58,852 bases of DNA, from positions 1 to 58,852 of the forward strand of contig JAGWIS010000002.1 of assembly GCA_028866135.1 (NCBI GenBank). The letters are read 5' to 3'. The DNA comes from Patescibacteria group bacterium (lineage in GTDB: Bacteria; Patescibacteriota; Minisyncoccia; Phycocordibacterales; Phycocordibacteraceae). The position numbers were made by a program, and so were the translations under genes. This document shows positions 17,658 to 25,891 of this stretch, piece after piece. Below the pieces are notes generated by a model. It did not search any database and was not told the DNA's origin. It worked only from the letters and a program-made list of their open reading frames with translations. The stretch's first letter is position 1. Every line of letters begins with the position of its first letter.

Positions 17658-18719
17658 ATGAGTTCTAAAAAGATCAAAGTTATAGACCTGTTCTGCGGTA
17701 TCGGTGGCCTCTCCCACGGCCTCGTAAAAGAAGGGCTTGATGTTGTCGCGGGCATCGACAACGACGGCGACTGCAAATTTGGATACGAGTACAACAATAA
17801 GGCTCGGTTCATTTGCGAAGACATACTTAAGGTCACCGCAAGCGACATCAACGAGATGTTTGGCAACAAAGAAAAAACTATACGCGTTCTCGCGGGTTGC
17901 GCTCCGTGCCAACCGTTCTCCAAACTGAATCTCAAAAAAGTTACGGAGAAGCAACTCCAGCCGTTGGAAAAGTTCGCTTGCCTTATCGAAGAGACTCAGC
18001 CCGATATCGTCTCGATGGAAAACGTAAGTGGCCTCGCCGACAAGAAAAAGTACCCAATATTCGATACGTTCATCAAGACGCTCGAAAAAAATGGCTATCA
18101 ATATAAATATGAGGTCGTTGATGTATCCGAATATGGCGTGCCTCAACGCAGGAAGCGTTTGGTGCTTCTTGCTTCGAAATTTGGCGAAATCGCCCTTATA
18201 AAACGCACACACAAAAACAAAAAAGTCACTGTTCGCGACGTTATCAGCGGACTTGAACCGATCGGTCACGGGGAAGCGAGTGCCACCGATCCGCTTCATC
18301 GCGCCAGGACATTGAACGCAACGAATCTCAAGAGGGTGAAGGCTACTCCATGTGACGGTGGAAATTCATCAAGTTGGAGTAAGGACTTGGTTTTGAAGTG
18401 TCACAAAGCAAAGAGCGGCAAGACGTATCAAGCAACCGTCTATGGCCGCATGCGCTGGGACGATCCCGCTCCAACAATGACCACTCATTGCACAGGGCTA
18501 GGCAATGGACGTTTCGGCCACCCGGAACAAAATCGAGCGATTAGCCTACGCGAAGCCGCCCTTTTTCAAACGTTCCCAAAAAGTTATAAATTTACGCCCG
18601 ATGACGAGCCGATCGTGATGAAACGAATCTCGAAATTCATCGGTAACGCCGTCCCGGTCAAATTGGGCTCCGTCATCGGCAAAAGCATCAGGGAGCATGT
18701 TGACCTGTATGGCAACTAA
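17658..18719 (+). CDS. dcm: DNA (cytosine-5)-methyltransferase
   Basis: Motif I DLFCGIGG, motif IV GCAPCQPFS, motif VI ENV, motif VIII QRRKR, motif X GNAVP. Confidence 0.92.
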   Translation: MSSKKIKVIDLFCGIGGLSHGLVKEGLDVVAGIDNDGDCKFGYEYNNKARFICEDILKVTASDINEMFGNKEKTIRVLAGCAPCQPFSKLNLKKVTEKQLQPLEKFACLIEETQPDIVSMENVSGLADKKKYPIFDTFIKTLEKNGYQYKYEVVDVSEYGVPQRRKRLVLLASKFGEIALIKRTHKNKKVTVRDVISGLEPIGHGEASATDPLHRARTLNATNLKRVKATPCDGGNSSSWSKDLVLKCHKAKSGKTYQATVYGRMRWDDPAPTMTTHCTGLGNGRFGHPEQNRAISLREAALFQTFPKSYKFTPDDEPIVMKRISKFIGNAVPVKLGSVIGKSIREHVDLYGN

Positions 18720-20334
18720 ACCACAATTTTCGTTCGGAATATCGCTGAGCGTCCTGAACCACCTCGGCAGAAACTTATATCGCAGCTTCACCACCGTGTT
18801 GGGCGAGGCGATTTCGAATTCTTGGGATGCCGATGCGAGCAATGTTTGGATACATATAGACCGCGATAGCAATAGCTTTTTCATCAAAGATGATGGATCG
18901 GGTATGGACGCGACAGATTTTCAGGATAAATTCTTGAAAATCGGTTATTCGAAGAGGAAAGAGGCGACCGCTTCCTCTCGCAACCGCCCGTTCATCGGTC
19001 GCAAAGGCATAGGCAAACTCGCTCTTCTTTCCTGCGCCGAACAGATAACCGTCATTTCGAAGGTTCGCGGTGGCGAGTACGTGGGGGGCCTGATTGACAA
19101 TCGTGGCTTAGATCAAGCTATTACCGACGACCTGACGCCGGACGAATACCCGTTGGATACCGTAGATATGACAGCTTTCGCTTCTTACATCGAAGGTCAC
19201 GACCAAGGGACCATAATCCGTTTCCAAAACACCAAGGACGGCATACGCAACAGTTCGGATTTCCTCAAGAAGACGATTGCGCTCTATTTCCGTTTCGCTT
19301 TGCTGGACGATTCATTCGCCATCTTTCTTGACGGCGAGAAAGTGACACTCGACGACCTGAACGATCTCGCCGAAAAAACCGAATTTCTTTGGAGCATAAA
19401 CGGCATTGAAGACCCGTACATCGCCGAAAAGCTGAAGAAACTCAAAGAGAGGAAGGATATGACGGTGGGCACTGAATTCAAAGGGTTTATCGCTTCAGTC
19501 GAGAAGCCGCGTGACCTCAAAGCAATTGGAACCGCGGAAAAAGCCAGCATTGATCTATTCGTTAACGGCAGAATGCGTGAGAGGGATATTTTGAAGCATA
19601 TCCCTACGGCCCGAGTGGTCGAGAGCTACTTGTACGGTCAAATTCACTTTGACTCTTTGGACGACGATATAGATCGCTTCACCAGCAGCCGCGAAGGCAT
19701 CGTGGCCGACGATCCGAAGTTTGAGCAATTTCTCGGAGACTTCAAGACCCACGTGCTGACTCCCATACTTGAAGAGTGGGATAAGTGGCGCAGAAAGCAC
19801 AAGAAAGATGGCGATATCGATAACGATGCGATACCCGCGAAAGAGCGGAAAGCAGGAGAACTTTTCAATGCGATCTCGGGAGAATATACGTTGCCCGCTG
19901 GTTCGACGAACAAACAAAAAGTCGATGCCTGGGTGGATGCACTGAGCGGCGACGCGAGCTTTAATTTCGCGTCATATGCTGAGTGTTTTGTGTCCGAAAA
20001 TCTCGTACGAAAATTTATCGCAGATCAGGGCACTGTTCTTTCGACGGAAGCGCAGCGCGATATCACGGAGTGGAAGCGGAAGGAAACGCAAAATAAAACC
20101 AACGGGAACGTCATGATTGACCTCAGGCTCAACAATGACGACAAAAGTTATCTCGACATGGCAGGTCTCGCTAATTTGGTCGATCGTACGGGTAGTCTCT
20201 CTACGGATTCTAGAACATATCGTCCGATTCGAGATGCGCTCATGCACACCGCCCTTCTCACTGACAAAGCGAAGCGACGACTGACAACGGTTTACGACAA
20301 CATTCGGGCTAGAATAATCGCTCTCCTGAGTTGA
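18697..20334 (+). CDS. GHKL (HATPase_c_3 / MORC-like) ATPase with a C-terminal Rx4H HEPN-like motif
   Basis: Bergerat motifs EAISNSWDA, DDGSGMD and GRKGIGKLA. C-terminal RPIRDALMH at nt 20221-20247. The start overlaps the dcm stop. Confidence 0.85.
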   Translation: MLTCMATKPQFSFGISLSVLNHLGRNLYRSFTTVLGEAISNSWDADASNVWIHIDRDSNSFFIKDDGSGMDATDFQDKFLKIGYSKRKEATASSRNRPFIGRKGIGKLALLSCAEQITVISKVRGGEYVGGLIDNRGLDQAITDDLTPDEYPLDTVDMTAFASYIEGHDQGTIIRFQNTKDGIRNSSDFLKKTIALYFRFALLDDSFAIFLDGEKVTLDDLNDLAEKTEFLWSINGIEDPYIAEKLKKLKERKDMTVGTEFKGFIASVEKPRDLKAIGTAEKASIDLFVNGRMRERDILKHIPTARVVESYLYGQIHFDSLDDDIDRFTSSREGIVADDPKFEQFLGDFKTHVLTPILEEWDKWRRKHKKDGDIDNDAIPAKERKAGELFNAISGEYTLPAGSTNKQKVDAWVDALSGDASFNFASYAECFVSENLVRKFIADQGTVLSTEAQRDITEWKRKETQNKTNGNVMIDLRLNNDDKSYLDMAGLANLVDRTGSLSTDSRTYRPIRDALMHTALLTDKAKRRLTTVYDNIRARIIALLS

Positions 20335-20369
20335 ATGGCGTCGTGATCGTAATAGTGGCTTATGCGGAG

Positions 20370-21167
20370 ATGAGAAAGTGGATCGTAATCAAAAAATCCA
20401 TAGGCGAGACGCCGCTCATGGCGCTCAATCGCTGGAAGAAGGGGCATCCGGCGTATACGAGCATGCCCGCGTCATACGCGGGACGGCTTGATCCGATGGC
20501 GAGTGGCAAACTTCTCGTGCTCCTCGGAGAAGAATGCAAGCGGCAGAAAGAATACACGGGCCTCGATAAGGAGTACGAGATAGAAGTGCTGCTTGATGCG
20601 GGAAGCGATACGGGGGATGCGCTTGGGATGGTGGAGTATGCGGAGAAGGAATCAAAGATAAACTTCGGCGCGCTTCGCAAGGCGCTTCGCGCCGAACTCG
20701 GAACGCACGCGCGGCCATACCCGCTCTTCTCCTCGAAGACCGTGCACGGGAAGCCGCTTTTCCTGCACACACTCGAAGGCATGAGCCATCACATCGAAAT
20801 CCCGAAGCACGAAGAACGCATCTACCGCATTTCCGAGCGGGGAATTGCGCAGGTATCCGCGGCCGCGCTTCAAGCACGCATCGCGGACTTTCTCGCGAAG
20901 GTGCCGAAATCGGACGAGCCGTCGAAACAGCTCGGCGCGGACTTCCGCATTGACGACGTGTGCGCGAGCTGGGAGAAACTGTTTGCGGAAGTTGGCGAGG
21001 GCACGTTCACGATCCTCTCGCTTCGCGTCGCCTGCGGCTCGGGGACGTACATGCGCTCGCTCGCCGGGCGCATCGGAGAAGCGCTCGGCACGCGCGCGCT
21101 TGCGCTCTCCATCAAGCGCACGAAGATAGGGACGTATTGGATGGGGTGGTGGGTGAAAAGTCTCTAA
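20370..21167 (+). CDS. truB: tRNA pseudouridine synthase, TruB family
   Basis: Catalytic motif GRLDPMASGKLLVLLG and KEY motifs. Start taken at MRKWIVIKK. Confidence 0.8.
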   Translation: MRKWIVIKKSIGETPLMALNRWKKGHPAYTSMPASYAGRLDPMASGKLLVLLGEECKRQKEYTGLDKEYEIEVLLDAGSDTGDALGMVEYAEKESKINFGALRKALRAELGTHARPYPLFSSKTVHGKPLFLHTLEGMSHHIEIPKHEERIYRISERGIAQVSAAALQARIADFLAKVPKSDEPSKQLGADFRIDDVCASWEKLFAEVGEGTFTILSLRVACGSGTYMRSLAGRIGEALGTRALALSIKRTKIGTYWMGWWVKSL

Positions 21168-21232
21168 AGCCTTGCTTGGTGCGTTGTGTGGATAGCCGAT
21201 TGCGCGCCCGCCACGCGTACTAGAATGGAAGT

Positions 21233-21553
21233 GTGCCGGAAAACGCCGATACAGCGAAAAACGTCTTGAACACCCGTACCATTGCGGCCATCGTCGTGGT
21301 GATTGTCGTGATAGCGCTCGCCGCGTGGTATGCCTGGCCGGCGCCGCAGCAGCAGAGCGCTCAGACGGCCGGGGAGCTCAATGCCGCGCTTGAGCAGGTG
21401 CAGTCGGCGTCCTCGGTCTCCGTCCCCGCGACGTCCAATCCTCTGAAGCAGGCGACGCCCGCCGTGAATCCGATCGACGTGACGAATCCTTTTAATAGTC
21501 CTGCCGCCTCAAGCGGCGCTGCAAACCATGCGTACCAGAATCCTTTTCAGTAG
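21233..21553 (+). CDS. Hypothetical membrane-anchored protein (GTG start)
   Basis: Single transmembrane segment (IAAIVVVIVVIALAAWYAW) followed by a low-complexity tail. Overlaps the next gene by 26 nt. Confidence 0.5.
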   Translation: MPENADTAKNVLNTRTIAAIVVVIVVIALAAWYAWPAPQQQSAQTAGELNAALEQVQSASSVSVPATSNPLKQATPAVNPIDVTNPFNSPAASSGAANHAYQNPFQ

Positions 21554-23336
21554 CATCATAGGCGCCGCGCTCCTTTTCGGCGCCGCCGCTTCCGTCTCCG
21601 CGGCTTCCTCCGTCTTCGACATCACATATCCGATCCCCGAACTCGGCAACTGCGCCGATCGTCTCGCATGCAAGGCGTTCTGCAACGACACTGCAAACCA
21701 ATCCGCGTGCGAAGCGTTCGCGCAGGATCACGGAATTTCTGTCCAGCCCGCGGCTCCATCGCCATCGAGCGGGCAGGGAGAAGGACAGAATCAGGGCGCC
21801 GCGCTCGAGTCTCTCCAAAAGGACGGAGGTCCGGGGAAGTGCGCCTCCGGCGCCGCGGATCCGCAAGCCGCCTGCCACGCATACTGCAACGCCTCCGCGC
21901 ACATCCAGGAGTGCGTGCAGTATGGGAAAGATCACGGACTTCTGACGGGCGATCATCTCTCGCAGGCGGAGAAGGTGACGGCGGCGCTCAAGAGCGGGAT
22001 CCCGCTCCCTTCTGGATGCACCGATCAGGCGTCCTGCAAGCAGACGTGCGAGAATCCTTCATCGCTTGATCAGGCGAAGTCCTGCTTCGCGTTCGGCAAG
22101 GCCGCCGGGCTCCTGCCGCCGGGCTTCGATGAGTCGAAAGCTGAGAAAGTATTCTCGGCAGTTGCGAACGGGACCGCGCCGTTCTCGTCGATGAAAGACT
22201 TCCAGCAGTGCGAGCATCCGACGGACCCGGCGGTCGTGAAGAAGTGTACAGACTTTGCTGTGCAGAACGGGCTCATGACGCAGCAGCAAGCGGACGTGCT
22301 CCAACAGACGGGCGGCAAAGGCCCGGGCGGGTGCTCCGGGCAAGACGCATGCGAACAGTACTGTGCCAGTCATCAGGATGAGTGCTTCCAGTTCTCCCAG
22401 GAGCATAATCTGGTGACTCCGGAGCAGAAAGACGCGATGCAGCGCGCGGCCTCGCAGATGCAGAATGCGCTCAGCCGCGCTCCGGATTCCGTGCGGCAGT
22501 GCCTCGTGAGCGCTGTGGGGCAGGACACTCTCGACGCGATCACCTCCGGCGCGAAGCCGGGCACGCCGCAGCTCGGCCAGGCGATGCAGCAGTGCTTCCA
22601 ACAAGGGCAGAATGATTCCCAGATGCAGGAGCACCAAGGTCCGCCGCCGCAAGGTTTCGGCCAGGAGGGGATGGGCCCGCAGCCGCCAAACGGGCAGCCC
22701 GGCGGGCAGCAAGGATTCATGCCGCCAAACGGCCCGCAAGGCCCGAGCGGACAGAACCCTTCTCAGGATGGCCGGGGCCCAGATGGAGGAAATCAGAGAT
22801 TTTATCCGATGCCGCCAGGAGGAGCGCAGGGAGACCAGGGCCGGAGATTCATGCCGCCACCACAAAGTGGAAACCAAAGCGCGCCGCAATGGCAGCAGAA
22901 CGGGCAGGGAGCCCCGCAGCCCCAGGATCAAAACTATCCACAGATGAATTACGGGCCCCGGCCTGAAAGCGGATCGGGGCAAGGCGATTACGGAGATCAG
23001 AACTCCGGCGCCCCCTTCATGCCGCCGGGCGACCAGAGCGCACCGGGCACCGGAGTGTGGAATCCGCCGCAGGGCCAGACAGGCGAGGGCGGCGGAGGAA
23101 ACGTCATGATGCCGCCGCCCGGCTCAGGTTTGAATAATCCGCCGCCCGGCGCGGGGCAGATGCCGCCACCTCCGCCACCGGGAGGCATGATGGGAACTCC
23201 TCCACAAAGTACCAATACCGCGCCGGCGGGCGAAGTTGCTCCGCCCCCGCCTCCTCCGCCCTCTTCTCCTACTAGCTTCTCTTACCCGTTCAATCCGTCC
23301 ACTGCCGCCGCATTTCTGCCATTCATCCCGCACTAG
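21528..23336 (+). CDS. Secreted protein with repeated four-cysteine modules and a long P/G/Q-rich tail
   Basis: Signal peptide MRTRILFSSIIGAALLFGAAASVSA. Four to five C-x5-10-C-x3-C-x6-11-C-x2-[FY] modules. The C-terminal roughly 230 aa is rich in P, G and Q. Confidence 0.75.
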   Translation: MRTRILFSSIIGAALLFGAAASVSAASSVFDITYPIPELGNCADRLACKAFCNDTANQSACEAFAQDHGISVQPAAPSPSSGQGEGQNQGAALESLQKDGGPGKCASGAADPQAACHAYCNASAHIQECVQYGKDHGLLTGDHLSQAEKVTAALKSGIPLPSGCTDQASCKQTCENPSSLDQAKSCFAFGKAAGLLPPGFDESKAEKVFSAVANGTAPFSSMKDFQQCEHPTDPAVVKKCTDFAVQNGLMTQQQADVLQQTGGKGPGGCSGQDACEQYCASHQDECFQFSQEHNLVTPEQKDAMQRAASQMQNALSRAPDSVRQCLVSAVGQDTLDAITSGAKPGTPQLGQAMQQCFQQGQNDSQMQEHQGPPPQGFGQEGMGPQPPNGQPGGQQGFMPPNGPQGPSGQNPSQDGRGPDGGNQRFYPMPPGGAQGDQGRRFMPPPQSGNQSAPQWQQNGQGAPQPQDQNYPQMNYGPRPESGSGQGDYGDQNSGAPFMPPGDQSAPGTGVWNPPQGQTGEGGGGNVMMPPPGSGLNNPPPGAGQMPPPPPPGGMMGTPPQSTNTAPAGEVAPPPPPPPSSPTSFSYPFNPSTAAAFLPFIPH

Positions 23337-23353
23337 GCGAGACGCTCTCGGTC

Positions 23354-23397
23354 AAAGAGAACGCCCGGGCGCCTTTCGGCGCCCGGGCGTTCTCTTT
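23354..23397 (+). terminator. Rho-independent terminator
   Basis: 20-bp stem AAAGAGAACGCCCGGGCGCC-TTTC-GGCGCCCGGGCGTTCTCTTT followed by Ts. Confidence 0.7.
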
Positions 23398-23453
23398 TCA
23401 CCGGCATGGTTTTTAGAGAGTCCCATCGCCATGTACACTGCTAGGCACGCAGC

Positions 23454-24836
23454 ATGATCCCCAACAACTCGCCCTGGATACAGCAGCTGAAGCGCACGAG
23501 GCCGGTCGTCCCGCTTGAGGCTGACGCGCGAGCGGACGTGGCGATAGTGGGTGGCGGCATCGCCGGCGCAGCCACCGCATTCTTCACGCTCCGCGATACG
23601 GAGCAGAGCGTCATCTTGCTTGAGGCCGACAAGGTCGCGCACGGCGCGACCGGGCACAATGCCGGACAGATCACGAGCTACTTCGAGCGGCCGCTCTCCG
23701 AGCTCGCGCAGGAATTCGGACTCGAGCTTGCGATCGATGGCCAGCGCTCCGTCGAATCCGCATGGAAGCTCATCGACCAGATAGTTGAGGAAGCGGGACT
23801 CCAGACGCCGCTCTATCGCTTCACCGGATACACCGGCCTCTCCACTCTCGAGCAGGTCTTGCTTCACTTGAAAGATAATCGCTGCAGAGCAGACGGCGGG
23901 CTCCCGGTCGAGACGATGATCGTCGCCGAGGAGTGGGTGGAGCGCAAAGACATTCCTACAGAGTACAAAGACCTTTACGGAACAGTCCCGCAGAAGGATG
24001 TGCTTAGCCTCCTCGAAACGAACAATACCGACTACGTTGCTTCTCTCGCATTCCAGAAAGGCTGCATGAACAGCGCGCTCTTTACCGAAGAGCTCATCGG
24101 ATACCTCATGACGGAGTACAAAGGCCGGTTTGCGTTCTACGAGGGCAGCCCGGTGAAGACAGTGCGGCTCAAAGAGGGAAGCGGGACGCTCAAAGTCCTT
24201 GCTCACATGGTCGAAGCGCAGAAAATCATCCTCTGCACGAACGGATTCGAGCATTTTTCTATCGTGAACGAGGCGGGGCCGGAAATCGATACTGCATTCC
24301 ACCACTCGATTGCCGGACGCATCGGCTATATGTCGGGCTACATCGAGCCGTTTGATAATCCGCCTGCGGCCGTGAGCTATTTCCCAAAGACGAACGAGCG
24401 TGGCGGAGACCCGACGGGCGAAAGTTATTTCTACCTCACGCGCCGTCCGCACGAAGGCGACAAGAAGAGCTTCCACAGTCTCGTCTGCGCGGGCGGCCCG
24501 GAGAAAGTGCTTCCGAGCGGAGCGGATTATTCCCGCGCGCACTCGTGCTCGGAAGACATACGGGACGAGATCGATGATTTCCTGCGTTCTAATTACAGCA
24601 AGCACCCCGGGCCGGAGACCGAGTACGCTTTTTGCTGGCACGGACTCATGGGCTATACGCCAAGCGGCATCCGTCGCGTGGGCCCCGAGCCCTGCAATCC
24701 GGCGCTGCTCTACAATCTCGGCTGCAACGGCGTCGGCATCCTGCCGTCGGTCTTCGGCGGAAAAAGAATTTCCGAATTTCTGCAGGGCAAGAAGATGAAA
24801 CCCTCCCTCTTCGACCCGCACGACCAGAGGCGCTAG
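23454..24836 (+). CDS. FAD-dependent oxidoreductase (DAO family)
   Basis: N-terminal DVAIVGGGIAGAATAF dinucleotide-binding motif; 460 aa. Confidence 0.85.
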   Translation: MIPNNSPWIQQLKRTRPVVPLEADARADVAIVGGGIAGAATAFFTLRDTEQSVILLEADKVAHGATGHNAGQITSYFERPLSELAQEFGLELAIDGQRSVESAWKLIDQIVEEAGLQTPLYRFTGYTGLSTLEQVLLHLKDNRCRADGGLPVETMIVAEEWVERKDIPTEYKDLYGTVPQKDVLSLLETNNTDYVASLAFQKGCMNSALFTEELIGYLMTEYKGRFAFYEGSPVKTVRLKEGSGTLKVLAHMVEAQKIILCTNGFEHFSIVNEAGPEIDTAFHHSIAGRIGYMSGYIEPFDNPPAAVSYFPKTNERGGDPTGESYFYLTRRPHEGDKKSFHSLVCAGGPEKVLPSGADYSRAHSCSEDIRDEIDDFLRSNYSKHPGPETEYAFCWHGLMGYTPSGIRRVGPEPCNPALLYNLGCNGVGILPSVFGGKRISEFLQGKKMKPSLFDPHDQRR

Positions 24837-24856
24837 CCGCGTGGTAGCATTTATGT

Positions 24857-25324
24857 ATGGAGACACCGGATAAAGAACTCCACCGCATCGCGATCACCTG
24901 CATTATCCACAACGACGCAGGGAAATATCTGGTGACCAAGCGAAGTCCCCGCAAGAAAGCATTTCCCAATAAGTGGACGGTGCCGGGCGGAGGATTGACC
25001 ACTGACGACTACCGCAATACGCCTCCGACGCATCATGAGCAGTGGTACAACGCAGCAGAGAAAGCGCTCCGCAGGGAAGTGCAAGAGGAGGTGAATGTCG
25101 AAATAGGAAAAGTACAGTATCTGCTCGATCTCACTTTCCTTCGTCCCGACGGAACTCCTGTGTTGGTGCTCAGTTATTACGCACCCTACGTTTCCGGAGA
25201 GGTGAAGCTCGACGAAGACGCGGTCGAGTACCGATGGGTGAGCCTCAAAGAGGCGAAAGAGCTCGATCTCATTTCCGGCATTTACGAGGAGCTCGAGATG
25301 GTAGATTCGCTCCTGAAAAAGTAA
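24857..25324 (+). CDS. NUDIX hydrolase
   Basis: Nudix box GGGLTTDDY...EKALRREVQEEVNVE. Confidence 0.85.
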   Translation: METPDKELHRIAITCIIHNDAGKYLVTKRSPRKKAFPNKWTVPGGGLTTDDYRNTPPTHHEQWYNAAEKALRREVQEEVNVEIGKVQYLLDLTFLRPDGTPVLVLSYYAPYVSGEVKLDEDAVEYRWVSLKEAKELDLISGIYEELEMVDSLLKK

Positions 25325-25337
25325 GCCAATAACTCTC

Positions 25338-25805
25338 ATGCCACGACGCGTTTACGGGGTATGCTTGGCGCTCATTCTTTTTTGCCTATGGATAGTCGTC
25401 GCGTATGGGACAAAGCCGGTAACGGAACCATCGGCAACGGGGGAGTTTGGCGGGGTGTCCTTGAAAATTGACTATGCGACAGCCGATCCGGCTCGCGAGC
25501 GGGGCCTCGGGGGGCGAGAGAGCGTCCCCGGCGACTACGGCATGCTCTTCGTCTTCCCAAGGGACGATACGTATGGCTTCTGGATGAAGGATATGCTCGT
25601 CCCCATCGACATGTTTTGGCTTGATGATAAAGGACAGGTCGTTTCGATAGTCGAAGACGCGGCGACCTCCACCTACCCCTTTGTCTTTTACCCAAGTGCC
25701 CCTGCCAGGTATGTCCTTGAGACCGCTGCGGGCTTTGCGAAGGCCCACGGCATCGCCCCCGGGACCCCGCTTCTGTTGAAAAATTTTCCAACCGTTTCCA
25801 AATAA
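25338..25805 (+). CDS. DUF192 domain protein
   Basis: N-terminal transmembrane or signal segment, GMLFVF, FWMKDMLVPIDMFWLD and YVLE motifs. Confidence 0.8.
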   Translation: MPRRVYGVCLALILFCLWIVVAYGTKPVTEPSATGEFGGVSLKIDYATADPARERGLGGRESVPGDYGMLFVFPRDDTYGFWMKDMLVPIDMFWLDDKGQVVSIVEDAATSTYPFVFYPSAPARYVLETAAGFAKAHGIAPGTPLLLKNFPTVSK

Positions 25806-25891
25806 CGCTGTCCACATAGCATTTGCGACAACCAGGAGTAAACTTAACCCCAAGCAACAATTTATTACCCGTTATTAAAACCGCCTGGCTC

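Noticed and set aside
17499-18299. 266-aa minus-strand ORF opposite dcm
   Set aside because: It is antisense to a methyltransferase with all canonical motifs, it has no motifs of its own, and its 5' part runs through the non-coding gap.
25806-25891. Possible cobalamin riboswitch or NrdR box upstream of the class II RNR gene
   Set aside because: The leader is under 90 nt and contains neither a B12-box-like element nor the NrdR palindrome.
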